DNA of 64,000 bases from Lama guanicoe. Taxonomy: Eukaryota. The stretch spans positions 3,830,153 to 3,894,152 of the forward strand of contig MU055753.1 of assembly GCA_013239625.1 (NCBI GenBank), given 5' to 3'. The notes beneath the pieces were generated by a model. It saw nothing but the letters and a program-made list of their open reading frames with translations, searched no databases and was not told the DNA's origin. Positions 49,801 through 62,399 of this stretch are shown piece after piece; position 1 is the first letter of the stretch; each line of letters starts with the position of its first letter. The position numbers and the translations under genes were made by a program.

Positions 49801-52800
49801 CCCACAGGGTGGAGCGCCACCGGCCTCAGCAGGGCTAAAGTGGAAGCAGGCTGTGGAGCAAGCGGAACTCTCACACTCTCCTGGCAGGACAGAAATTGCT
49901 CAACTGCTCTGGAAAACTGGCAGGATCTACAAAGGCTGCACCTTGCAGCCCAGCAATCCCACCCCTCACTGTTTCCCTGACAGAAACACGTATGTACATT
50001 CACCAAAAAATACGCATGAGAATTTTCATAGCAGCACTACTCAGAGTGACCCAAACACAGAAGCGTTCCCAAAGCCCATGTGCAGAGCGGAGGAACGCAC
50101 GGTCTCCTCACACGTGGAAGGCTGCGCACAAAGGAGTGAACCACGACTACACACAGTGATATGGCTGAATCCAACCCAACATGGAGAAAAAAAGAAGCTA
50201 TCATGAATACGCACCATGTGGTTCCACTCAGAGAAATTTTAGAAGTGCAAATCAGCCTGTGATGTAAGTCAGCAGAGGCCAGGCCGGGCATAGGCCATGG
50301 TCTGCTAAGAGTGGAATGAGTGCACCTGTCCACAGACATCGAACTGCAAGCTTTACATGGATACAGGTTCTTGGTACATAAATAATACCTCAATAAGGTC
50401 GATTAAAAGGAAAAGAACCTGACAACACCCAAAGCTGACTAAGATATAGAGCCACAGAACTCATCATGTGGCCCAGAAACCCCACTCCCGAGACACATCC
50501 ACACAGAGACTGGTGTGCTGGAATGCATTTTGTGCCACTGAACCTACACTTACAAAAGGCCAACATGATAAACATGCATGTTGTCCCACAAAAATGAATT
50601 CAAAAAAATTTAAAGGATTTGTATAAGAATGTTCATGACAGCATTATTCACAGTAGCCAAAATCTGGAAGTAACCTAAACCGTATTGATAGGTAAAAGGA
50701 TGAAAAAATCCGGTGTATGCATGCAAAGGACTGCCACCGAGGGACAAGAACGCAGGTGGTATGTGAACGTGAGTGGACTTGCTGAGCAAAACAAGAAGAG
50801 ACAAGACAGGCCACGCTGTGTGGTCCACTCACAGGAAGTTCTGGTAAAAGTAACCCACAGACACAAGGAGCAGGCCAGTGGGGCAGGGGCCCAAGAGAAC
50901 CTCTGGGGTAGGGGGAGCATTCCATACCTTGATCAGGGCTGTTCACTAATGTGCTGACCATGTGGACGTCTGGGAATAAGGATGACCCGCTGGCCCCAGT
51001 GCCTGCCCTCCCACACCAAGTGCACACACAAGCCTGCCGCTTGGCCAGGTCAGGGACAGAGAGTACATGGAGGCACCTGATACAGTTCAAGAAACCCTTC
51101 TAGGCTGGCAGGCAGGGGCTGGGGAGCTCCAGGGCAGTTACTTTGTGGGCTGGTTTCCTTAATGACTGAAAAACCACACCAGACCAAACCAAAGTAAAAG
51201 CTTCCTGTTGTCCATATAGAGCAAGCTCACTTCACACACAAACCTGGCAAAACACAGAACCTTAAAAACAAAACTAAAAACAAACAAACAAAAAAACAAA
51301 CAAAACTACTCACAACCCCAAAACTCAAAGGTTACCACCATTAATGTTCTCACATATTTCACTCAAAAATTCTGTCCATTTTATGTATATTTATACACTA
51401 TGTAATAAGACGTGTTTTTCCCCCACTTAATGAGATAATAAAGATTTCCCTATATCATTGAATACTCACTAAATATTCCTGCAAACCTGCATTTTTTAAA
51501 GGCTATGGTAATATCTCACCCAACAAATATACCACATCTCTACTGCCAAACACTTAGGCTTTTTCAAGTTTTTCATTTTTATTAAAAAAAAAAAAAAGCC
51601 TTAACAAGGACAGATTCCTAATTGCTTGGTTGAAAAGGGAAGACTGTCACAGCTCGGGATATGTGCTGCTGAGTCCCTCAGAGAGAGCATGGCAGGCACC
51701 ATCCCTGCGAGTGTTATCAGACTTACCCTGTGATAAGCTCACAGGTGAGCATTCCATTCCACTGAATTTTAAGGTTAAACATCTTCCCATGTATCTTTCA
51801 TTAGAAGACTATCGTGGGACCCTTGCCAAGTGACTTAAAATGAGAAAAACACTCCCAGTGATGATACCATTACCACGCTGCTCCCACTCACTGAGGGATC
51901 TGGCTGCTGCTAACCTGGACACAAATGAAACCACTGCAGCCCCAGCTGTGTGTTCATGTGTAGAGTGTATACAAACAAACAAGTATGTGAGTGTGCATGT
52001 GTCTGTGCCCACATATACACGTGAACGTATATGTGGTGTGCACAGGTGTGCCAGCACAGATGACTGAAAGAGCATGCACAAAGGACTGTTACTCCACAGG
52101 AGGTGTCTGTCAGGTCAGGGTGGCAGCTGCTGCACGCTGATGAGGGCCTCTGTTGGCCACACCGCACCTGAGCCCTGTGCTCAGGGACACACCTCCTCCT
52201 GTCCAAACTACATCAGTAGGAAAATCAGACTCAGCTACTAATGCCTTCCAGCAGTGTGGAACAGGAAGCAAAGAGGACCCAGGAAGAGAGAGAGGAGTAA
52301 ACACTGGGAAGCAGAGATTAATGCAAAACAACTGGGTAAAACTAGGTAGGGGATTCCTATAAGGGGCACCAGCCTGAGGGCTTAGGAGACAACAGCCAAC
52401 AGTGAAAGGTGGGCAGGGTGGACAGCCAACACTGCTGCTGAGTTAGAGCTCCCAAATCCTCCGCAGTGGCTTCTGGAACTAATACAGAACCTTGGCACCC
52501 TGTTCGATGTCACCATGTTCCCTCAGTCACTCAAAGCTACACAAAGCGTTCTACATCCCTGTTACCACTCCTCCCACTGAGGCATCGCACAGACCTGATC
52601 TGCAGGCACCCACCCCTACCTTGGCCCAAGTGATGGACAACTGCTGCCCAGGAAGATGCAGGCTGGCCACAGCCCAGCTTACACCCCCAAGAACTGCCTC
52701 GGGCCCAGCACAGCAACCCAACCTGTTCTGTCTGACCCACCTGAGTGGCCTCCCGGACTCATAAACATGTGTTTATCACCAGCCAAGATCTCTGTCCAGG

Positions 52801-55800
52801 GTTGACATTAACTGCCCTGACCAGATCTGATACCTGGTTACCTGCACTTAAATGCTTTTCAAAACCTGTAGAGAGCCTGCCCACTTGCAGGATTCGGGCC
52901 TTTTCCACTCATTGTCCTCTATGGGGATGGGGGCATGCTCTCTCAGTATGCTGGCCTCCTGACACCACACCCTCTTCACTCCTTGGTTAAACCCTGGTCA
53001 GATCCCTCTTCACTTTCCTTCCCTCCTCATGATCCTGGAAGCCTGTCTTCCAGGCACCCCCACCTTCTGCACGAGTCAGTTCTCTCTTCTGCAACCTAAC
53101 CAAACCACCACGAAGAGCCAAGGCTTTCTGCTCATGTTCTTGGGTCCCCCACCTCCATCAGTTCTGGGTTTACCCAGTCACCTCTGTCCCCTGTCCCTCC
53201 TCTACCTTCTGAAGGACACATGTCCACAGCTGATGAAGTCTTCACCTTTCTGATCCTGGCAGAAGAAAAGTGAGTACCACGGACACCAGAGACCACCTGT
53301 CAAACAGCTCACACAACCACACCCATGAACCTTAGTTACTACCTTGTGCTTAGGGTTCAGGTTCACTTTATTCACTTTTATTTCCCAGTCTGTCCCCAAA
53401 GGACTGAAAGGACCCACTGTCCCACTGTAAGGATGACCGTACACATCCGGTCTTGGTGCAGCCAGTTCCTCTCCTGGTCTCTGACACTTTCACCAGTCCC
53501 AAGACCCTTCTCCTGAGCGCCGAGGGCTGTAAATCCAGTCCCACAAGCCATCTTTCTCTCCTTTCTAGCATTCCCTCTGCAGCTTGCTCCAAGCCAGGGT
53601 GCTGGACACTGAGACCTTCCCCACTTTCCTCAAATGTCTGATGGACTGTCCCTAACTGACTGGCTCCAGGCCCCACACCACCTCGTGAGAGGCATGTCCC
53701 CATGCCAGGTGCTGCTCACTTCCAGGCCTGGCTACAACTCTGTCCCCTCCTCCTCCCCCCTCCCCAAGGCCCAAAACAGGTAAGCAACCAGCTCTTCAGA
53801 GACCAGCCACTGTACACCCTGCAATTCCAACTCAAATAGAACAGAGGTGGAAGTACCCCATAACCCTTCCTGTCTACTTCCCCGTCCCGTTTCCTTCCTG
53901 GTTCATCATCTAAGACACAAATACTCCTGCTGATAGAAACAATGACATGACACATGCATGATGACATAGCAGTGCTGCTGCAACCACACAACCCTGGGAG
54001 GGAGGCCAGCTCTGCGTTGCCTGTTCCCGTGCCTAGCTTGAGCTTACAACAAGTGCTGAAAATTGGGGAGAAAACCTTAAGTTGAAAATACTCTACCTAT
54101 ACATTAGTTTCCTGAAAATTTAGGAAAAACCACACCAGTCCAAATTACAAATCAATGTAATTAGCATAATCTGAAGTAGGTACCAAAATCTGTCCCTCCC
54201 AGCCAGTCACCCTCTCAGGTAGGGTAGGTTGGTCTTCACACCATACATAGCAGATGAGTGCCTCCTACAAAGGGGTGGACTGGAGGAATCCCGTCACACT
54301 TGCAGATGGGTCTACCCATGGCCCTTTCTGGACCTCTAGAAACTCCTCTGGAAACTAACAGGTTGCTGTCCTGGTCAGTGGGTGACCCTGGGCACTACTG
54401 GGTCTCTGCTCTGGTGGCACAGCCAGGAGGCAGGCAGGGCAGGACCAGCGTGGTGAAGGGAGAACAAATGGGCCTCAGTGACTGGTCCCAGGCCCCAGAG
54501 CAGACAGAGGGGTCCCAGGATCTGAAAAAGAGATGCTGGGAGGAAGAGAAAGTACAAGAAGGAAGGAAAAAGCTTCATTTGCGATGCACTGAGGAGAGGA
54601 AGAGCTGGAGGGGAGGGCTGTGGCCATCAGAGAGGAGCCAGGCCCAAGCCCAGGGTGGAGGTAAGGGTGAAGGTATAAGAAGTGGTGAGAATGGGGTCAC
54701 CCCCACAACCACAGTGCCAGGCTGGGGGAGCTAAGTGCCCAGCTGCCCAACCCCTAGGAGATGGTGGGCACCTGGCCCCACTTTGCTACGGCAGCTGCAG
54801 ACTCTCAGCCTGTCTCAGCCTTGGTTTGTCATCTGTAAAATGGGAGAATGCTGGTGTCTCATCCAGGGTGGCAGGAGGACAGGATGAGAGGCACTGGGGA
54901 CACATCACACCCAGAGCCACACCTCACTTCAGAATCTGTCACCTGACAGAAGAACAGCAAACCTGGTAACTCAGCCAGAAAAGAGTGAGATCCAAACAGC
55001 AGGCCCAGGCAAGCGCAAAGGTGACTGTCAGAACAAGGAACAGGCTATCAGGCTGCTCTTCATCTAACACACACACTTAGTTTGTGCCTCCTGTGTGCAG
55101 GTCTCATGCTAGCACTGGGGACAAAGCAGCAAAGATAGTAGGGGCATACAGTCCAGAGACACGTCCTGACTTGGGAAAAAGCACAGAAACGCCTGAAGAT
55201 GTGGTTTCCCCTTGGGTTCGCACTGAGAACAAAACCAACTTCCAGCGAGAGAAACACCTGGAACTGCCCAGGGACACTGTGATGCTCTGGCACACTGGGT
55301 CCCAGAAACAGAAACAACCAGCAGACCCCACATGTTCATGGCAGGCCCCCACACCTGCCCTGCTTTGTGCACACCCGTCACCATGCCCCTGCTTCTCCTG
55401 CCCATCAGATCTCCTTCCTTCCCTCCCCAATGCCCTGGACTCAAAAAAGGTGAGCTTCTGTATGCTGCATAGCTCCACCAACACTGACCCCGAGGAGATG
55501 GGGTGTGCCCACCCTCTAGTCTTCTAGGATGTGGGCTGATCAATCACAATCCTCCACTTAAAGACTCATGGGAGCCAAGATGCAGAGGATACAACTGCCT
55601 TAATGGACGATGCTCACCACCCTCAGTAAAGGGGGAACAGCCCAAGACCCACAGTAATGATTCCTGGGCTCCGCAGAGCAGGGGCAGGTCTGGTGGTGAC
55701 TGGGGAGAAAGTGCTCACAAAGCTCTGGAACCTCCCTCCCGCCAGCTTCCATAGCATACTTCTTGCTGCCTATGCTCTGGAATGAAAGTTCCCACTGGAC

Positions 55801-58059
55801 GCACAGCCCAGGAGGAACCTCTGTGCAAAGTCCTGAAGAGAGAACAGACCCCTCCCCTAAAACCACTGCCGTGGGTTACAAAGAAAGGGAAACCAAACCT
55901 CCTGAGGGGAGACTTCCAGACCTATGAGACCCCCAAATATGGAGTGTGTTAGCATGACCAGATGCCAGAGCCCACGTAGGCTCCCAGGGCACTGGCAAGT
56001 TGTCACACATGGTTCTGCTGCTTCAGGTGCCAGTGCTAGAAAAGACCATCTGACGACTCACATGTTGGTGAAGCTGGCGAGAGTGACGTGCCCTTAGGAA
56101 TCTGCTGAGGAACAACCAAGGCAAGACTTTGATGTAGGGAAGTAATCTGGTGGGCCCAAAGAAAGGGGGTTTGGTTACACGCCCTTCAATAGGTGGAGAC
56201 TTCCCTGCCATGGTCACCTGCTCCCACTCAGAGCGACTGTGCAAGTCTGGGGCAAACACAAAAAGCTTGAGACGTGGTGAGGGGCTCTTAACAGGAAAGA
56301 GGAAAGAAATACACGTGTACCCACCATAAGAGGACTAGAGAGCAAAAGCTCCTGAACAGTACAACTCTTTCAAAGCACTAATTCACATGATGCCAAATCC
56401 TGAAAACCAGCAAGACGCCTTCAGCGGGGAAGGTAGTTCTCTGACTCACCCACCTCACACTGATACAGAGCACTGGCCTGCCCAATGAGCTGATGCCTGG
56501 ACCATGAGGACCCACTCCCCGCATGCGTGGCACAGGTCTTGACCTCAAGGACCCTAGACATGGGGCCCAGGCATCCTGCCTTCTCTACTGGGTGCCACGC
56601 AGACTTGCAAGGATCATCTGGGCATGTCCAGGCCCTACCAGCATACGGGACTTTCTAAGAGTGGGTTTTCCTCACCATTACTGGCAGAGAACCCTCCCGC
56701 TGGACCAGTATGCCATGAGTCTCTGACATCCCTGCCATCTCAGGCTGGCCTATGCCCTGCTTCACCACTCACCATCTCCTAAGAAGTGTGGCAGCACACC
56801 GCACCCTGACAGCAGGGACAGGAGGCAGCTCCCCCGTCTCCACCTGTGGCTCAGTGTTACCTGAATGCTCCCTGCACCGAGCTGGAGGACCCTCAAAAGT
56901 GGAAATCAACGTCCTGGGAAGGCGCTGACAGAGCCCAACCCCTCAAGCTCTGCCAAACACCCCCCACCAGCCTCCTAAGAGCAGGGCTCCAGGAAGCAAC
57001 ACCACCTCTGGGAAAGCAACTTGGATGCCCAGTGTCTAATCCTCAACGGATACCAGTGAAGGGGCCAGCTAAGCCCCCTGGAGGCATCACTCTTACACCC
57101 CTTGGGGCCTCGCACTTTCTCTCCTTCCCCTAAAATGAATCCAGGGCTCCCATTCTCTCACCCTTAGGGATGTCTCCAAGCTGGGGCTGGGAACATGTGC
57201 TTGGGGAGGTGGCACAACTTCCAGCAGGAAGAGTGCTCAGCCAGCCCAGGTAACCCAACAACCCCAACGAGTCCTAAAACGAAAGGGTCAGAAAGAAGCT
57301 TCCACACTCAGCTGCCAGAGGCCAGCAATTTAGCAAACAGCAAAGGCTCACAGTGGTCAGGCAGGACTGACAAGAGCCCAGGAAACAAAGCCACAAAGGG
57401 TGTGGAGAACAAAAGCTCCACGAAGTAAATTTCGTCAGGTAGGACAGCCCTTCCAGAAGCACAAAGGTCCTCGGGAGGAGCCAACCCAGCGGCCTGAGAT
57501 GGGCCGGAGGGCAGGGGGTACCGGCCACACCGCTTCACTGGTCACCTCAACTATGGAGGCGGAGGGGAGCTCAAGCAGGTACTATTGATGTGTATTTTCG
57601 CCACACATCCAGAGACGGGAAAAGAACGTTTAATCCCATCAGGAAGGGGTGTTTTCTTCCAACACAAGGTGTTGATGCCCTACGCAGTGAGCCAACGGCC
57701 TGCCTTTAAAGACGCCCAGGTGGATACACCTGGTGCGGGCCCGAGACAAGACCTTTCTAGGAGGTCCATGGTAAAATCTCCGCCCCCACGACGCCGTGGG
57801 CCCCAGAAGGGTCTCCGCGAGCTCGGGCCGCTGCTTCCCCCCACGACCCCGGCCCGAGATGCGAGTCGGACCGCAGGACGCCCGGCTGCGCCAGGTGCGC
57901 GCAGCGGCCGGCCTTNNNNNNNNNNNNNNNNNNNNNNNNNNNNNNNNNNNNNNNNNNNNNNNNNNNNNNNNNNNNNNNNNNNNNNNNNNNNNNNNNNNNN
58001 NNNNNNNNNNNNNNNNNNNNNNNNNNNNNNNNNNNNNNNNNNNNNCCCTGAGTCCCCAT
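34851..58059 (-). CDS. RAB40C: Ras-related protein Rab-40C (Rab GTPase with SOCS box), 6 coding exons, 281 aa predicted
   Basis: Exon 1 starts ATG GGG ACT CAG GG at 58059 and enters the N-run (predicted end 57918). Other exons 42180-42240, 41623-41683, 36225-36302, 35712-35934, 34851-35131. Motifs [19 protein letters not shown] box [12 protein letters not shown] and C-terminal CKIS prenylation motif. Confidence 0.96.
42930..44030 (+). mobile_element. L1M LINE fragment (ORF2 end and 3'UTR) spanning an N-run, in RAB40C intron 1
   Basis: Degenerate ORF2-like peptide ([22 protein letters not shown]...[27 protein letters not shown]) followed by L1 3'UTR motifs. Ns at 43036-43252. Confidence 0.85.
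43840..44727 (+). repeat. 91-bp dispersed direct repeat (copies 43840-43930 and 44637-44727)
   Basis: aactcattactcatgacttcaacttcagaaaggacga...ctcaacgctccaccaaatgcccaa.agg occurs twice with few mismatches. Confidence 0.9.
47603..47746 (-). mobile_element. tRNA-Ala-derived SINE (Vic-1-like, camelid)
   Basis: Reverse strand GGGAAGAGGGAATAACTCACTGATAGAGCACATGCTTAGCATGCACGAGGTCATGAGTTCGAACCCCAGTACCTCC plus A-rich tail. Imperfect TSD agccataggagaatttctt (47584-47602) and agccataaaagaacttctt (47747-47765). Confidence 0.85.
47827..47934 (+). mobile_element. Extremely 5'-truncated L1 3' terminus with A-rich tail
   Basis: acattgtaaactgactatacttcaataaaaa plus A-rich tail; perfect 11-bp TSD aatgaaaaaga at 47816-47826 and 47935-47945. 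Confidence 0.75.
48820..49690. mobile_element. MaLR (MLT1-like) LTR fragments, at least two
   Basis: MLT1 motifs such as tctggaggttggaagtccaaga...gaatttgggggggacacacattcag and cctagtccctggaacctgtgac...tttgctgatgtga...cagccagcaaggaaacaggg. Boundaries approximate. Confidence 0.65.
49740..50970 (+). mobile_element. Old L1M 3' region fragments
   Basis: L1M-like phrases (cagcaatcccacccct, gaatgttcatgacagcattattcacagtagccaaaatctggaagtaacc). Boundaries approximate. Confidence 0.6.
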
Positions 58060-59550
58060 CGTCGCTCACGCGCGCGCAGGCCGCGCCCGCATGCCCACGG
58101 CGCCGCGGAGCCCGGCGGCGGAGGCCTCCAGCCCACCTGTGGGCGCGGGCGCGGGTGAGCAGGGCCGGCGGACGGCGAGGCCGCCCAGCCTGCACCTGCT
58201 CCGCCGCCCCCGCCTCGCTTCTCTTCGCTTTGCCTCGCCTCAGCGCCGCCGCCCCGCCGCTTCCCTCACGGCGCCGCGCAGCCCCGCCGCCCCGCCCCGC
58301 CCAGCGCGCCGCCATTGGGCTCCCGCCGCCCCACTTCCTGCGGCCATTGGCCTGCCCGCACGTCCGTCAGCACCACAAGCGCCCCTGCCCACCCCGCTCC
58401 CCAGACAGCGCCGCGAGACCTCCGGTCGCCCCGCCCCACGCTGTCGCCATTGGTCACCACCACCCCTTCCAGCGTCCATTGGTCTGTGGGAACGTCCATC
58501 ACAAATGCCCCGCCCCCACCAATTCCCACACAGCCTCCAGTCTCCCCGCCCCGTCTTCACGCTGTCGCCATTGGCCCCTCGACTCCCACTTTCCTGTAGA
58601 AAGCCACTGGTCCACAGGCACGTCCATCCGCACTACTACCGCCCCTGCCGTTTCCCGTAGAGCATCCCAAAGTCACCGGCAACCCTACTCACTGACCCCG
58701 CAACTCTTCAGCCCTCGCCTGCCCCCTCCCCTTCTCCATTGGCCACTGCTGGCCAATCTCCCAGAGCCACTGGACTGCCTACACGTCGATCACAGCCCTC
58801 TAAGCCCGCCCCGCTCGCCCAGAGCTTCCCGCCCCCTTCCTTATACGCTCACCAATCAGGAGCTTAGAACTCCAAGTTGTTTGCATACGCCCCCTTCCTT
58901 CCCGCGGACGGAGCAGGATGGTGGCTGTCCCCGAGGTGAGGTGACGCGGCTAGACCTGGGAGGACTAAACCCTCTAGCAAGCTGCAGCCGCAGAGACCCC
59001 GGAGAGAACGCGCGGCCCCACCGAACTGCGCCCTCGGAAACAGCCCTCTCCACAGCGGGGGCGTGGTGGAAGGACGACGGCCAATCGGCCCTCGGGGCTG
59101 CCGGGGAGGCGGAACTTCCGGCCTCGGTCTTGCGGGCGGGGCCGAGGTGGGTGCAGGGGTCTGTGAGGTGAGGCAGGGACCTGCGAGGGGGAACTGAGTG
59201 GGTTAGGGCGTAGGGAGCAGGGATTCAGGGCGGGGGGTGGGGGGAAGTCAAGTGAGTCAGGGTTACGGTGAGGGGCGCAGGGGGCGGCAAGGTGAGGCGC
59301 AGGTACTGGCGGGGGCGCGGAGTCCTCGGCGGGGCGGCTCTGCCAGGGCCCATCGCGTCTGCCCCTTGCCCTGGGCAAGGCCCACAGGTGACAGCGCGGC
59401 TCCAAAGGCCCGACGCTGCAGAACGTTGGGGTCAGCGGACTGGTTGCCCTCCATCCCCAGAGACGACGGCAGCACCGGCTCTGAACCGCCTATCGGGGAA
59501 GAGTCGGGGTCAGGCCAGGTGGGGAACCTAGGATGGGCCGGGAAGAGGGG
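57700..59550. promoter_or_regulatory. CpG island / RAB40C promoter with repeated CCAAT-GC box modules
   Basis: CpG-dense; several CCATTGG (CCAAT on the minus strand), ACGTC and CCCGCCC motifs; ETS palindrome CGGAACTTCCG at 59110-59120. Confidence 0.8.
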
Positions 59551-60219
59551 CAGGGCGTGGGGCTCTGAGGCTTGACCAGGGGGGCCAACAGCAGGAAGTG
59601 ACTTTGGGGTTGTTTACCGAATGGATGGGTTACGAAAAGCGTGTGAACACGTGTAAAAATACAGTTTTACTATGCAAAATGGAAAGTGAAGCAAAATAAT
59701 ACTCTTCACTTATTGGCAACATCGCTTGGGGGCCAAGATGTGGGGAATAGCCCACTGGGAGGGAGGTTGGACAGCCTAATTATTCCATATATCATTTAGC
59801 CTAAAGAAGTTCTCAGAAATTAGCTCAGAGAATGTCACTATTGCGTTATAGTTAGGGTGAAACTAGTGAAACCACCTAGAGCCCCCATAGGGTCCCATTA
59901 AATCAACCAGGGTCATGCAGCCCCTACAGTGAACAAGGTAAGGTGCAGACAACACTGACCTGGGAAGACAAAAGTGCAAATTACCATACAGTATATCCAG
60001 TGTAATTTTAACGATTATGCTTTTGAAAACCTAATAAATCAATTCATTCGAGATTTATGTATAAAGAACATAATGTGTGCATAGGATAAAATCTGGAAGG
60101 ATGCTCACCAAAATAGACAGCATCGTTTCCTTTGGGGTTGGAGATGGAGGGTGACTTTCTCCTCACTGATAAAATTTTTCAGGAGAATATAGTCACATAT
60201 GACATGTAGCTAACAATTG

Positions 60220-60820
60220 GTAACTCAAAAAGTTCAGCATAAAAGTACCAAAGAACACAGCAATGCTCCTTGAGAAATNNNNNNNNNNNNNNNNNNNNNN
60301 NNNNNNNNNNNNNNNNNNNNNNNNNNNNNNNNNNNNNNNNNNNNNNNNNNNNNNNNNNNNNNNNNNNNNNNNNNNNNNNNNNNNNNNNNNNNNNNNNNNN
60401 NNNNNNNNNNNNNNNNNNNNNNNNNNNNNNNNNNNNNNNNNNNNNNNNNNNNNNNNNNNNNNNNNNNNNNNNNNNNNNNNNNNNNNNNNNNNNNNNNNNN
60501 NNNAGACTAGTGGTTGCCAGGGTATGGGGGTTGGGGGAAATGGTGAGTGACTGCTTAATGGATATGGTGTTTCTTTTTGGGATGATGAAATGTTCTAAAA
60601 CTGGTGATGGTCATACTACCTGGTGAAGGTATTGAAAATCACTGAATTTGGGGAGGGGTGCATAGCTCAGTGGTAGAGTGCATGCTTAGCATGCACGAGG
60701 TCCTGGGTTCAATTGCCAGTACTTCTATTTAAATAAATAAATGTCATTGAATTGTATGCTTGAAATGGGTAAGCTTTATAATACATAAAATACACCTGTA
60801 AAATAATGAAGCTGTTAGAA
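60220..60820 (+). mobile_element. L1M 3' end fragment spanning an N-run and interrupted by a SINE
   Basis: agactagtggttgccaggg...gatgatgaaatgttctaaaactgg...tcattgaattgtatgcttgaaatgggt. Ns at 60279-60503. Confidence 0.7.
60650..60741 (+). mobile_element. tRNA-Ala-derived SINE (Vic-1-like, camelid)
   Basis: GGGGAGGGGTGCATAGCTCAGTGGTAGAGTGCATGCTTAGCATGCACGAGGTCCTGGGTTCAATTGCCAGTACTTCTATTTAAATAAATAAA: A and B boxes and an A-rich tail; imperfect TSD tcactgaatt / tcattgaatt. Confidence 0.85.
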
Positions 60821-62399
60821 ATAAACAATCAAAGGAGTGAGTTGTCAAAGCTGAGCCAAGCCTAGCTCTTACCAGACAAGGCGCTGAGGGTGCCTGCTAG
60901 GGACAGGCCACATGTGATTTGGGGCTCCCTAAGAAGCAGATCTGTGCAAAGGGAACCAGCATGTCATCACAGCGGCTAGACTCTGGGCTGCACTGAGGAC
61001 AGCCTGACTAGCACATTGTCAGTCAAGCAGGCAAGGAACAGGCAGCAGGGACTCTCTCCCAAGGGGTCACTGAGCCCGGGTGGTGTCTCCAGCAGTAGGT
61101 GACCTTCAAAGAGAGCAGACCTCTGTATGGGGGCCGTAACACCAAGTGACCACCCCCCACAAGCTGCCGCCAACCCCTTCTGGGGAGGCTTCCTAAGGAG
61201 CTGGTCCTTCTTTTGGGTGGGCAGCACCTGGTGAGCAAGCACCTGGGCTTTTCTCATGTGCCTTTACAAAGAAACTCTCCTGGTGGCCTCCTGGCCCTCT
61301 GGGACACTCAAGGGCAGAGGCTGGCTAGGGATGGGCAGGGCCACTTGGCTCACTCGTAATCCCAGTACTCGTAATACCCTGAGTACTGGGTTATAGCAGA
61401 CGCAGCTCCCAACATTTACAAAAAGGGCACAGCCACCCGCATCACACAGCGTTTACACAAACAACAGCCAGTGGGCAGTCTTGTGAGCCCTCAGCCCGTG
61501 GAAGCAGGGAGTCGAGCCCCCACAGGGGCCAGAACTGAGCACCCATCACCTGCCACCCCCAAACCTGGCTTCACCTAACTCCCTGCTCTGAAGTCACTGA
61601 GGGACAGGACAGGAAGCACTGTGGGGCTGATGTTTCCTTCTTGGTTTCTGAGTCTGCCCAGAAAGAAGGGTAGGTGAGAAGCTGTCATCATTCTACTTTG
61701 CAGAGAACTTGGTCAAAAGTACCCTTTGTGCCTCAGGACTTCCCCTAGAAGGGGCTCTAGCAGCTGTAGGCTCTGCTGTCTGGTTCTCCATCACCCAGGA
61801 CAGAGTGAGGCCAGCTGGGTCCTTCCCAGCACAACCTGTGCAGCAGGCAAGACCATCCCTGGTTTGTAGGCTGGGGACCTATATGTCCATGGGGGAACCT
61901 CAGGCCAAGGACAGAGCAGTCCAGGACAGCCCTCTGCTCACAAGTCCTGGGTCAGCCTTGCGAGGCGCCCAGGTGTTGGGTGGTCATGGGTAACCTTGGG
62001 CCCTCTAGAGGCCTGGGAAATGTCTGGTGAAGAGCCCCCTATGACGATCCCCCCTGCAGCTTCCTCACCCACTGGCTTTAGACAAGGATGGGGGCCAGGC
62101 CTCCAGACCCAGCGTCTGTCCAGGAAGGAACGAAGGAGTGGTCTGGGGTGTCTTTGCCCCTCCCCTCCAGGATACCCACTGCCCTCTGTGCTGTACCTCA
62201 AGCCCTCCTCTCTGAGAAGGTTCTGGTGATCACCCACTGGGGCAAACAGACCTTGGCCCTGGTGCTCTGGCAGCCCTCACACAAGTTTCAGCTTCTCGGC
62301 CCCCCAGCCCAGGCCTGCTGCCAAGGAGAGGCCCCAATGAAGTCCCACAGGTGGAGCAAGCCTGAAACCTGTGTGCACCGGCAAGAACCCATGGTGGAT

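Noticed and set aside
51720-51765. Strong minus-strand donor AGG|GTAAGT in RAB40C intron 1 as a cassette exon
   Set aside because: The nearby acceptor is weak and there is no other support; such motifs arise by chance in a 15-kb intron.
57585-59171. 528-aa plus-strand ORF
   Set aside because: It runs through an N-run and a stop-poor CpG island antisense to RAB40C exon 1; low-complexity Pro/Arg/Ala sequence with no recognisable domain.
60650-60741. tRNA-Ala-like sequence (also at 47603-47746)
   Set aside because: The acceptor stem does not pair, and the A-rich tail and TSDs mark it as a SINE, not a tRNA gene.
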